DNA of 64,000 nucleotides from Macrostomum hystrix (taxonomy: Eukaryota; Animalia; Platyhelminthes). The stretch's first letter is position 1, and each line of letters starts with the position of its first letter. Under the pieces are notes generated by a model. It saw nothing but the letters and a program-made list of their open reading frames with translations. It did no database searches and was not told the DNA's origin. Positions 37,358 through 49,375 of the stretch are shown here, in pieces. The translations under genes and the position numbers were made by a program. Location: positions 8,246,001-8,310,000 of the forward strand of contig CATNEN010000007.1 in the NCBI GenBank assembly GCA_950097015.1. The letters run 5' to 3'.

Positions 37358-38479
37358 TCGATTTCTTAGAGAAAGTGTAATTTATACTTTGTATTTTTCG
37401 GATTATGTTCAGTCTAACAAAACTTGACTAATTTCTATTACTTTAACAGCTATATCTAGAAAACCAAGATAATTACTTTACATATAATGAGTCTCAAGAC
37501 CTAGCTTAAGAATTTTACTGTATTTGATTGGAAAACTATTCTACTCTTGACGTAGACATCAAAGCAATTTGTTGCTTTGTCGAACTTGTTATTTCTTTGT
37601 AATGTCAATAAAATAGAGTTTTGGTAAGTGACCCGAGTATAGCTATTTTCTGCCTACGTTTTAGCATATTTCAGGCATCTAAGAAAAACTTAGAAGCAAA
37701 ATGATGCAAAAGGATGAGTGCTCATCATGGCATTGGATTACTGTGAAAAGCGATAAACATATTGTTTTTAGCATTTAAGTTATATATTGTTAACAGAGTT
37801 CTTCAATCAAATAGTGCTTGTTATTTCACTTATCAAACTGTCAAAAAATAAATGTATTCATTGTTATCATTAATTAATTGATAGGCCACAGCAAAACATT
37901 CCTAATTGTTACGATCAATGATCACACCTAACAATCACCGATCACCCTATACCAAAGCCCATCTCTCACTAACTCCGGTTAGTGCTAGTGCTCACAAATG
38001 TCGCAGAAACCGCTCTAATAAAAATGTAAATGAAAATACAAAAACTAAGCATATCACAACAAAGAAAAAACGAAAGAGGAAAAAAAATTAAAATACGTCA
38101 GTGCGAGAGTTCAGACTAATATGTTGTGCCGAGCTTTGGACTACAAATATTTTCTATTCACAGCTCACAATCAATATGTGATTAGCATATTGGATAGCGA
38201 CGCACAGACGGACTGATTAGCAAACAAAAATTGAAGTGCATAGTAAAGCGGATACTTTGATCTGAGCGATAAAGTTGCTGCTTGCTGCTTTACAATTGTC
38301 TGTTCTACGGATAGTAGACACATTCTCTACTGCCAAGTCAAGCTTAGCAACTGCATCAGCCATGCTGGAGCCGGCTCGGACTGGCCACAGCGAGTGCTTG
38401 CAGTTCTAGCTGGTCTTCTCGGCTCCCGATACGCCAGCACTACCCGCAGCAGCAGTTCCAGGAATGACGTAAACCATTT

Positions 38480-40091
38480 TCAGTTCATCAGTCCATCATT
38501 TGTCGGTCGGCGCCTCAACATATCTTGAATCTGGGCCCGGAAACTCTCGCTGAACTTGAAGAAAATGGCAAAGCTGATTGCGCTATCCAAAGTCACCAGA
38601 AGGTCGTTGAGTGGCACCACCCAGTCGGGGGAATCCTTGTACAAATCGAAGAGGATGAAGATAGCACCCGGTGACTCGAAGATTGTAAAGAAAATAGACA
38701 GCAGCATTACGATCCAGGTCACACTGCGCCAGAATCTAGCAGCTGCTACAGCTGGGTTGCAGTTAGCTTCATTTGCACCGCCGGCAGGTTCGCGAACCAT
38801 CACAGGTTCATTTGCCTCAATATGTTCAACAGCTATTTGGTTTTCCTCATTTTCATTGGCGTCATTGACATCGGCAGCAGCTTCGTGGGCTTCATTGACC
38901 TCAGCAGCAGTATCGTTGACCTCGTTAGCTCCAGCAGCTGCTGCGACGTCACCTGCGGCTGCATTGAGTCTGCTCCTCACTAGATGAACTGCGCTGCAGA
39001 TGGAAGCCAGAATAATTACTGGCACCGGTACGTACGTCTGCAGAGTTCTCAATAGCCGCAGCAGGTTGACCGCCAGATTGTTGTCCGTTTCTTCAACCGG
39101 GACGTCCAAAGCCACAAAAACGCCGAAGGTTGCGGATGCTGAGACCAGCATCAGGATCGCGAAGGCGAACAGCTGAATGCGGCGAGTCAGCCAGCTGCGG
39201 AATCGAATCGGCCGCAGGATCGCCACGCAGCGGAACCCGGTCAGGCAGGCCGTCCACAGGTTCTTGAGGGTCAGACTGAATGTCATCCAGTAGTAGTAGA
39301 ACTGCGGGTTTGGGTTTAGTTTTGGGTTAGTAGCAGAGCGGTTTCCCTCTCGCACCGAGGTCCCTGAGCTCAAATCCGCGATGAAAATTTCAGGGCAGAT
39401 GTACACCTTGTGTCCTGCTGGCTGCGGGTCTAGTGTCAAGATGTGCCAGCGTCCACAGCCCTTTTTCAAATAAGTACGCTCGGGATACGCATAGCAGTTT
39501 TTTTAAGTAAAATCCGGTACGGCTTTTGCTTGTATTATTGTCAGTATACAGTATTGTTTCCGATTAAGAAAGTATTTTACTGGAAGTCTTAGTGAGCCAT
39601 TTGTACTCAAACTTTCAAATTTTTCTCCAGAACTTGCGAAACATTAAAGACAGTCTTTATCTGCAACTGCATTTAGAGTGAAAACAGTACAAAAGCGTTA
39701 GTGACCCGAACAATTCTTGCCCTTTGCGTGCACTCACGCGAAACACCTTGCTGGCCACGGAGTCCTTCACCTCAAACTGGCTCCGCGCGAGCAGTGCCAA
39801 GTCGAGTGAAATGTAGCCGACCAGAGACATGCAGTAGTTCACCTGCGTCGCCTGCCAGATGATGAGGCCGACGTCGAAGGCCTGCCGATTGCGGCGGTAC
39901 TTGCGGATCAGAGCAGCGAGCGACAGGCAGCCGAGCAGCAGGCCCGCCACGGCCACGGGAAGAGTGCACAGCCGCATGCTGACGTACGCGACGGTTGTCT
40001 CATGCGGAGCGACCGTGCCGTTGCCAGTGACATTAGAGCAATTGTCCATGGTAAAGTTTAGCAGCTGGCTATTGCTAGTGCTCTCGGACAT
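38480..40091 (-). CDS. Divergent rhodopsin-like (class A) GPCR, peptide-receptor-like; exons 40091-39738, 39301-38480
   Basis: N-glycosylation sequons in the N-terminus (NFT, NCS, NVT, NGT), seven hydrophobic segments, FRCVAILRP at the DRY position, FFTIFESP in TM6, LDSAISFAIF.....FR for TM7/H8; CGC|GTGAGT...CGCAG|TTC. Confidence 0.85.
39330..39440 (+). mobile_element. Internally deleted SINE family A remnant in the GPCR intron
   Basis: GCAGAGCGGTTT..CTCTCGCACCGAGGTCCCTGAGCTC...CAGGGCAGATGTACAC...GCTGGCTGCGGGTCTAGTGTC. Confidence 0.65.
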
Positions 40092-40748
40092 GACTCGGAA
40101 AAGTGTTGATTGTGCAGACTCTCACAGGTTGCATGGGCAAGAATTTTGTCCCTGAATTTAGCTCCAGAGTCGAAGTGGAGAGTGCTGCGCTCATTGGCTC
40201 GAGTTGCTGCTGCTGTTCTGCAGTCTGCAGAAACTCCTCCAGCTGGTGACGAATGCTAGCCGCTAATTTTGCCGCTGCGGCCCGCATCAATCAGACTTGA
40301 AAAAAAGTCAACGGGACCCAGAAACTGGAGCCTACGCCCACGGGCTCTCTGAAGACATGGTGGCAAAATACACGGAGAAGGAAGGGCGATTCCCTGGGCT
40401 CAGCGGGGGGGGTCAATTATAATCTTGTCGACTTCTCCGACAATGCAATTCGAAGCTTACATTAAAGGGGCGGATTTTTAGGTGACAGAAAATTCTAGAA
40501 ATAAAAAAATTGTTTTTACTCCTTCAGATTTAAACCCAATCGGAAACAGATCTTTCCTTGCTTTTGAAACTACAAGACTTGAATGGAGAAACTCTGGGAA
40601 AACATGGGAGCAAGTGGTGGCCCAACTACGAGCTAGTTGCATTAGATTAGATCAGGAAGGGTCCATGGACTTGCAAGTCGGCCATCAGCGTGTCATTCAG
40701 GGAAACAGCTTGTCTTTGTCGCACCGTTTGTCGCCCAGGAGGACAGTT

Positions 40749-41103
40749 GTAATAATAATAATTGCAGGAGGGCTGCAAGCAGTGGCAATTCATTTGGTGA
40801 CACTAGACCCGCAGCCAGCGAGGAGGCAATTCTGCCCATTTCGCTGACTCCTGAGCACACACGCTCACAGATACTGTACGCAGGCACATGCTCACACAGG
40901 TGTGTACATCTGCCCTGACTTTCTCATCTTCAGGCAGTGTACACTTCACTGTGCCTTGAAGGTTGGCCCTCAAGGCTGTAAATTGCACGACAAGCCCACA
41001 AGCCTTCTCTCCGCGGCTGCGCCTCCAATGAATGTGGCCTCGCCGTGGAATCGAACTTAGGGACCTTGGTGCGACAGGCAAACGTGCTAACCGCTGTGCC
41101 GCT
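40749..41103 (-). mobile_element. SINE family A, full-length copy
   Basis: Nearly identical to 44698-45074; (AAT)n tail at the left, tRNA-like head at the right. Confidence 0.9.
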
Positions 41104-42079
41104 ATTGTAAAAATTACTGCGTTACTTAGAGTTTCTAGTTTTTGTTTATTCAGGCTCAAAGTTTGCCCATATGCCTCAGAATTACCTTTGCAGTTATTGC
41201 TTCTTAACAGTCCATCATGACCTCACTATTAGCAGCAGAACCAACAAGCCATTTTGCCGCCTGACAATTATTTTTGCTGCACCCGAACCGAGAGACGCAA
41301 GCACTCGAAACTCAAGAACGCGGGCCAACTTTTTTTGCGATAGGCTTTCAGACGGTCGAGATATTCCAAAGTTCTGGCCATTGCATAATACAACCCCATA
41401 CACGAATTAGCACCGCGCCTCGGTGCGGCCTTGCCAGACCATCAAACTTAATCAGCATGTCAGTGCCAAGTGATTGTGACTGCATCATCTCCGACTTCGG
41501 CGGTCACCGAATGAATCTACTGCAACCGAAAGTGTTTGGCGCGCACTCGTTACTAGTTACCGATTTGGTAAAGATCGTTACTTTTTTTGACATTACTTTT
41601 TTCCCGTTACCACGGGCTGGTAACGAAAATGATGGTAACGAGTCGTTACCAACAGTATGGTAAAAGTGCAAAAGAACAGAAATAACGATTAAATGTAACG
41701 AACGGTATTTTTTTCGTTACCCATTTTTTTCGTTCCAAAATGGTCAGTAACGATCGGTACCGTTACTTTTTTTAGTGACACATTTCCTTATTTGGATAGA
41801 TCGAATTCTTCTACTGCGAACACCAGAGAGACTGCATTGCACAGAGATCAGACGATTAGAATGCCAAGAGGTCGCATTTGATGCCATTTGGCGTGTCAGT
41901 TTTGCTCGCACGGCAACCAAATTTGGCATGTAAAGTAAACAAACGAAAGCTTCTTTAGGGTGACTATTCTGGACCCTGTGATGCATTGGTTCAAGAGCGT
42001 GTGTGCATACATGTGCTGGAAAGCAGACCCCGCAAAACTTACTAACCCGCTTGCATCGGAAACACCAGATCTTTTCATC

Positions 42080-43903
42080 ATGCCATCGCCAAGATTGGGT
42101 TCAGCGCTGCTTTCAGTGGCCTGCAGCCTGATGCTCCTGGCTGCCCGGGCGCAGCACGCTGCTGCGAGGCTCAACAGAACACAGCGGACTGGCGGTCTCA
42201 GCCGCGAAATAGCCATTGTCGCAACACCCGATAACAATCCCATGCACCGAGAGGCCCTGCGCGTGCTCGAACTTGACAATTGCCAGGTGGCGGTGCACAA
42301 GACGCCGCAGAGCAAGGCCAGCTTCCTGCTGGAACCGCTGCTCTGCTGGCGGCCAGGCATGGAGCGGCTGCTGTGTCCCGGCTTTGATTACACGCGGTCC
42401 AGACACTTCCTGCGGGTCCCGGTGCTGCTCACCGCACCTGGGCTGGCAGACAAGGCCAAGCGGCTGCTTCACAGCCTCTTCCCGAAATCTGTCAGCTTCA
42501 TGAACCCTGGCGCCGTTCACTTTCAACTGTCGACAACCAGCGCGGAGGTGGCAGTTGAACTGGAGAAGCAGCTGGGTGACAATGGAGGCAGCACCTACCT
42601 TCTGTTGAGGACCTACTGTACCTCGGAGCACCACTGCCGAGACGTGCAGTGAGTGTCCTGCTCTGAAACTTATTCCTTAATAAAGCTCTCCTGCAGAGAA
42701 ATATAACTTTACTAATTCTCCTGTCACTATTTTTCAAGCCAGGGCATTGCCAGGCAGCCCAGTCTATTCTTTGAGAAGCTAAGCCTGTCAATCAGCTCAG
42801 CAGAGTACTCCACACTGAATAGGTCAGTGCGGACAATATCGGCTGGCGAGTTTGCCTGTCACAATGAGCTGCGGCTGCAGCAGGGCGACCCGGTGTCAAA
42901 GACGTCAGGACTGGGTGCAGCATCGCAGCTGGAATCTGCCGCCGATAATCACACGAAGGTGGTTGAGATCAACGGTGAGTTGTACTTTTTAGTGCAGCAG
43001 CGATCCAGCGGTCGACTCAGCTTCCAGCGCAGCTGGTCTGACTATGAGAACGGCTTCGGCCAGCCCGGCGACGACTACTGGATGGGTGAGTAGCATCCTG
43101 ACATCCTGGCATCCTGACATCCTGACATCCTGACATCCTGATATCCCGACATCCTGATATCCTGACATCCTGACATCCTGACATCCCGACATCCTGATAT
43201 CCTGACATCCTGGCATCCTGGCAACCTGGCATCCTGAAATCCCGCCAACCTAACATCCTGACAACCTGACATCCCGACATCATGACATCCTGACATCCTG
43301 ACATCCTGACATCCTAACATCCTGATATCCTGAAATCCTGACATCCTGACATCCTGGCATCCTGACATCCTGAAATCCCGCCATTCTAACATCCCGACAT
43401 CCTGATATCCTGACATCCTGACTTCCTGACATCGTGTCGGCAACCCGGATCCCGCAGGTCTCCGCCTGCTGCACTTACTGACGAAACCCAATCGCGTCAT
43501 GCGCGTCGAGATGATCCGACACAGGAGCTCCAGATTCGACAGGGACCTGTTCCACGCCGAGTACACCAACTTCAAGGTCGGGCCGCCTCCCGCCTACGCC
43601 CTGGCCTACACCGCCTTTAACAAGGCCGCGTCCTCGGTAGAGTCGGACGCCTTGGCTGAGAGCCGCGGCCGGGCGTTCTCCACTATGGACCGGGACAACG
43701 ACAGGTGGGATCAGTCCTGCTCCCGGGTCAGCGGCGGCTCCGGTGGCTGGTGGTTCAACAGCTGCGGCAAGTGCAACCCCAACGGACTGTTCTTCGGGGA
43801 CAATGTGCGCAACGAATCCGGCATCCGTTGGGAGTACCTGGACTCCAGAGTCCTCAGCGGCAACGTCACGCTAAAGTACATTCGAATGCTGCTTAAAGTC
43901 TAA
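42080..43903 (+). CDS. Secreted fibrinogen-related domain (FReD) protein; exons 42080-42648, 42823-43085, 43458-43903
   Basis: Signal peptide; VQQRSSGRLSFQRSWSDYENGFGQPGDDYWMGLRLLHLLT, AEYTNFKVG, FSTMDRDND..C....GGWWFNSCGKCNPNG, GIRW; in-phase GT-AG junctions. Confidence 0.88.
43094..43435. repeat. 8-bp tandem repeat (CATCCTGA) filling nearly all of FReD intron 2
   Basis: Array runs from just after GTGAGT almost to the acceptor. Confidence 0.93.
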
Positions 43904-44069
43904 CTGCTGAATGGGAAAATGCTTCCAGGTTGCGGGAGTTCATTTCGTTGAAATCAGGCTTGAATCTAATAAAACATTCTTGCTGGCCATCCATTACTGG
44001 CAACCTGCCGCTAATATTGGATATTGTCTTGCATATTGTTTACAAAGATTGCTTTTGCATGCCTTCCGA

Positions 44070-44540
44070 CACACTCTGAGCACACAGCCCTGAGCACACA
44101 CCTCTGAGCATACAACATTGAGCACACACCCCTGAGTACACACTTCTGAGCACACACCTCTGAGCACCAACGCTGAGAACACACTTCTGAGCACACACCA
44201 CTGGGCACACACCACTGAGCACACACCACTGAGCACACACCTCTGAGCACACACCACTGAGCACACACCACTGAGCACACACCACTGAGCACACACCACT
44301 GAGCACACACCACGGAGAACACAATTCTGAGCACACAACCCTGAGCACACACCATTGGGAACCCAATTCTGAGCACACAACCCTGAGTGTACACTTCGGA
44401 GCACACACCTCTGAGCACACACCACTGAACACACACCCTTAAGCATGCACCTCTGTGCACACACTTCTGAGAACACTGCACTCGCGGAGCATTCATACGA
44501 GTACACCCCTAAACTCACTCACATTTAGAGCACACACCCC
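44070..44540. repeat. 14-16-bp tandem repeat (CTGAGCACACACCA)
   Basis: Degenerate tandem array. Confidence 0.9.
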
Positions 44541-44697
44541 TGGGCGTGAATGGGATACTCATCGAGGGATGGGACGCTCATTATGAGAATGGGATGCTCA
44601 TTGTGTGAAAAAAAACATTAACGTAAAATTGACTCTGAAAAAATGACTGCGTCATTTGATTGATTGAAAAACGATATAATAGAATTAATAGGACTTA

Positions 44698-45074
44698 ATA
44701 ATAATAATAATAATAATTGCAGGAGGGCTGCGGGCAATGGTGACACTTTAGGCACTTCATCTGGTGACACTAGACCCGCAGCCAGCGAGGAGGCAATTCT
44801 GCCCATTTCGCTGACTCCTGAGCACACACGCTCACAGATACTGAACGCAGGCACATGCTCACACAGGTGTGTACATCTGCCCTGACTTTCTCATCGTCAG
44901 GCAGTGTACACTTCACTGTGCCTTGGAGGTTGGCCCTCAAGGCTCTAAATTGCACGACAAGCCCCCAAGCCTTCTCTCCGCGGCTGCGCACCAAATGAAT
45001 GTGGCCTCGCCGTGGAATCGAACTTAGGGACCTTGGTGCGACAGGCAAACGCGTCAACCGCTCTGCCACTCCAA
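44698..45074 (-). mobile_element. SINE family A, full-length copy with target-site duplication
   Basis: A-box-like GTGGCAGAGCGG and B-box-like GTTCGATTCC on the minus strand, (ATT)n tail, 12-bp TSD TAATAGGACTTA at 44686-44697 and 45075-45086. Confidence 0.92.
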
Positions 45075-45346
45075 TAATAGGACTTATTATACTTTACGTA
45101 TTGGGGGACGTATTGTACTTTTACATTGTACCGTCAAAAGTAAATTTGCAATAGATTACACATGCATAGCTACGTTTCTTAGCCAGGCAAAGATTTCCAA
45201 GCTGTGCACAAGACCTGCTCAACCGAGCTCAACAGACCATATCCTCTAGACCTGGTCATAGGCCTGCTCATCCACCTGCTCATCGTCATCGGAGTCATGC
45301 GACAACCCGACGCTTTCCGCAGCCAGGTCCTCCTCCTCCTCATTAC

Positions 45347-45605
45347 ATGAAGGAGTTGCTTCCGCCGCTCCTGCTCTTCGTCGTCCTCCGCTTCGGAGCC
45401 CTCCCTGCCGACATTGTCGACGACTCTATCGCTGCTGGCGTCGCCAATGGTGATCACCGTCGGCTCCTCCTCCTCGAACCTCGACCTGGTCGAGCTCAGG
45501 ATGCGGCACCTGCTCGATCAGCGCCCCTACCATCAGGGCTCAGCCGGGAGGTGTTGTTAAAGTGCCGTCGGGTCAACGACTCCGACACGTTGGCCGGCAG
45601 GTCCG
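45347..45605 (+). CDS. Possible first exon of a small secreted protein (uncharacterised)
   Basis: Signal-peptide-like MKELLPPLLLFVVLRFGALPA, GC-rich codons, donor TCCG|GTACGT followed by a minisatellite; a possible next exon starts near 46662. Confidence 0.35.
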
Positions 45606-45617
45606 GTACGTACTGGA

Positions 45618-46118
45618 CTACTGAACTGTCTCACTGACAATACACTGGCCTACTGAACTGTCTCACTGACAATACACTGGCCTACTGAACTGTCTCACTG
45701 ACAATACACTGGCCTACTGAACTGTCTCACTGACAATACACTGGCCTACTAAACTGTCTCACTGACAATACACTGGCCTACTGAACTGTCTCACTGACAA
45801 TACACTGGCCTACTGAACTGTCTCACTGACAATACACTGGCCTACTGAACTGTCTCACTGACAATACACTGGCCTACTGAACTGTCTCACTGACAATACA
45901 CTGGCCTACTGAACTGTCTCACTGACAATACACTGGCCTACTGAACTGTCTCACTGACAATACACTGGCCTACTGAACTGTCTCACTGACAATACACTGG
46001 CCTACTAAACTGTCTCACTGACAATACACTGGCCTACTGAACTGTCTCACTGACAATACACTGGCCTACTGAACTGTCTCACTGACAATACACTGGCCTA
46101 CTGAACTGTCTCACTGAC
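45618..46118. repeat. 32-bp near-perfect minisatellite (CTACTGAACTGTCTCACTGACAATACACTGGC)
   Basis: About 15.5 copies. Confidence 0.96.
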
Positions 46119-46344
46119 CAGTCCAAGGACCCGAATGCTTGAAGCACCTGCTCAAAACCTTCACCATGAAGTTAAAAGTCTAGTTTAGCTACTGAAAGTA
46201 GCATTCCTGACTTGGCTTCCTAATTACCCGATGGCTTCCAAATTGAATTACCGATTTTCGTGAAAATCCACCATCTGAATCAAGCCTTCACGACCAACTA
46301 ATTTTCAAAGCCGTTCGACTTCGACTTCAGCGATTCTTGTCGGA

Positions 46345-46428
46345 CACCCTGGTGACAAGGACAGCCACCCTGGTGACAAGGACAGCCACCCTGGTGACAA
46401 GGACAGCCACCCTGGTGACAAGGACAGC
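46345..46428. repeat. 21-bp tandem repeat x4 (CACCCTGGTGACAAGGACAGC)
   Basis: Exact copies. Confidence 0.93.
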
Positions 46429-47270
46429 TAGCATTGCTCTGTTTAAACATCTATTGCGAATCCTTATTGGTTTATAAATGAAATTTAGTGAGCGAAAAAG
46501 TGTTGCCAATATTGAATTCGTCTTAGTCTCGTACTTACATACAAACTCCTAAATATAACATTTATGCCCCAGTCACCAGATATTAAAAATGGATCCGTAT
46601 TAAATTTGTGAGCAGAAATAACACTAGTCAATAAACTGCCCCGCTAGCTATCTGCTTTCAGCCCTTGGAGATCTGAAGCTGGTGGAAGTGAAGGGGGGAG
46701 GAACTCGGCCTCGACGAGAGAAGATTAAAAACACTGAACTCGCTTGAGTAGTCATGATGAGGCCATGCGGGTGAGACTGCCTTGTGATTAATCTCCCTTC
46801 GACTCAGCTTAGTGCTCAAACCTGTTTAGAGTAGTTTGAGCACTGAATGGCGTGACGGCAACTGCGCACCTGCCCGCCTCATGGCTCCCGCTTTGTTAGA
46901 GCTGCTGTAGACAGGCCACTTCAGGGGTGGAGTCGCCGGAGGAACTGAGCAGTCTGACCTTGACTACGGAGCCTCGCATGGTCACCTGTTGCTCTCGCCG
47001 CAACTGCTCGACAGGAAATAATTAAAGATCACGAAAGAGAAGAGTTTTGGGAAAACCCACTGAGTCACGAGTGACATGTGAGGGTTCTTCAGTAGAGAGT
47101 TGAAGAATTTTGTAGCCAACTGAAAATATGAGAAACTGACATAGACAGTGCTTGACGTCCAATTGGAGTTGATGAGTTCTCGCCCTTGAATGCGATCTTG
47201 CTTTGCGACTCAACCTAAAAGGGAGCCGCATTAGAATCGGCTAATCGGTTGAGATCAGAATTCAGAAATC

Positions 47271-47859
47271 CTCCCAACCTGACAGAAATACTGTTTCCTA
47301 CTGATACCCGGACAGAAATCATTGTTCCCGTGACTCCCACCTGACAGAAATCATTGTTCCTGTGACTCCCACCTGACAGAAATCATTGTTCCTGTGACTC
47401 CCACCTGACAGAAATCATTGTTCCTGTGACTCCCACCTGACAGAAATCATTGTTCCTGTGACTCCCACCTGACAGAAATCATTGTTCCTGTGACTCCCAC
47501 CTGACAGAAATCATTGTTCCTGTGACTCCCACCTGACAGAAAACATTGTTCCTGTGACTCCCACCTGACAGAAATTATTGTTCTCGCGACTCCCACCTGA
47601 CAGAAATCATTGTTCCCGTGACTCCCACCTGACAGAAAACATTGTTCCTGTGACTCCCACCTGACAGAAATTATTGTTCTCGCGACTCCCACCTGACAGA
47701 AATCATTGTTCCTGTGACTCCCACCTGACAGAAATCATTGTTCCTGTGACTCCCACCTGACAGAAATCATTGTTCCTGTGACTCCCACCTGACAGAAATT
47801 ATTGTTCTCGCGACTCCCACCTGACAGAAATCATTGTTCCTGTGACTCCCACCTGACAG
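47271..47859. repeat. 32-bp minisatellite (CTCCCACCTGACAGAAATCATTGTTCCTGTGA)
   Basis: About 18 copies. Confidence 0.95.
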
Positions 47860-48292
47860 TGAGCCGCAGGAGGAATTTCTCAGCTTTTCTCACTGGTCAA
47901 TCGCTGATCGGCCAATGGCCAATGGTAGCGCCCACAGGTAAAAATGTTTCAGATCAAAAGACACACAGCAAGCAGCCAGTCAGTTTTACAGCCTCCAGCT
48001 CAAAGTAAAATATTAACACTAGTTTACAAAGTAAAACTTCGCCAGGACCCAACAAAGGTAAAAGCGGCACCGCAGCCAGTTCATCCATGCTGCTATCTAA
48101 TCGACGCCTCAGCTGTGACAGGTGAAATGCTTGTTTTATGTAGCTAACCTCAACTTGACCAGGTGTATTCAAATTTGTCAAATATAATATTTGTAATAAG
48201 AACTATTACTATGTAGCTAAACAGGTAAACGCACAAGCTTAGTACTGGTCCGGAAAATGGTGGGGTCTGGTGGGAAGGTGGGGAAGGTGGGG

Positions 48293-48887
<595 letters not shown>

Positions 48888-49375
48888 AATATTAGCTCAC
48901 TAAAATAACGAGCTTTGCATCTTCTTTGCCTTCAATTCTCTAGGCAAGAAAGTAGCTGGTCTGTGTGAGCGGACTCGCTTTCATATCTATCTATCTGTCT
49001 TCTCTGAAGGCCCATCTATCTATAGCGAATTCTCAAGCCATCCATGACGCGATTCCTCACTTTACCTCGCTGCGGTGCCTGCCTGTCTCTCCCTTCCACA
49101 CTCCCAGCCTGGCTGGCTGCGGCTCTCAGCCAATGAGGAGCGGGTCAGCTTGGCGGGGCCCAAGGCCCAGGGGACTGGCCTGGGGTGGCGTCGGGTCTCC
49201 AGCACCCTCACTTGTCAACGAAGGGGGGCAATATAAATATTAACGTCTAGAACCTCGACCGCTCTCCCCCCAATTCTTTGTCTCCTTTATCCTTGCTCCC
49301 AATTAAAAAATCTTGAGCCAAGAAGACAGACCCAGCTTCAGAGAACTCAATCCAAACTGCTAATAAGGAAAGCAA

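Noticed and set aside
39306-39330. Telomere-like GGGTTT/GGGTTAG run
   Set aside because: Only a few degenerate units next to a splice acceptor
41575-41770. CGTTAC/GTAACG inverted motifs suggesting a MITE
   Set aside because: Could not define termini or a TSD; at most a decayed remnant
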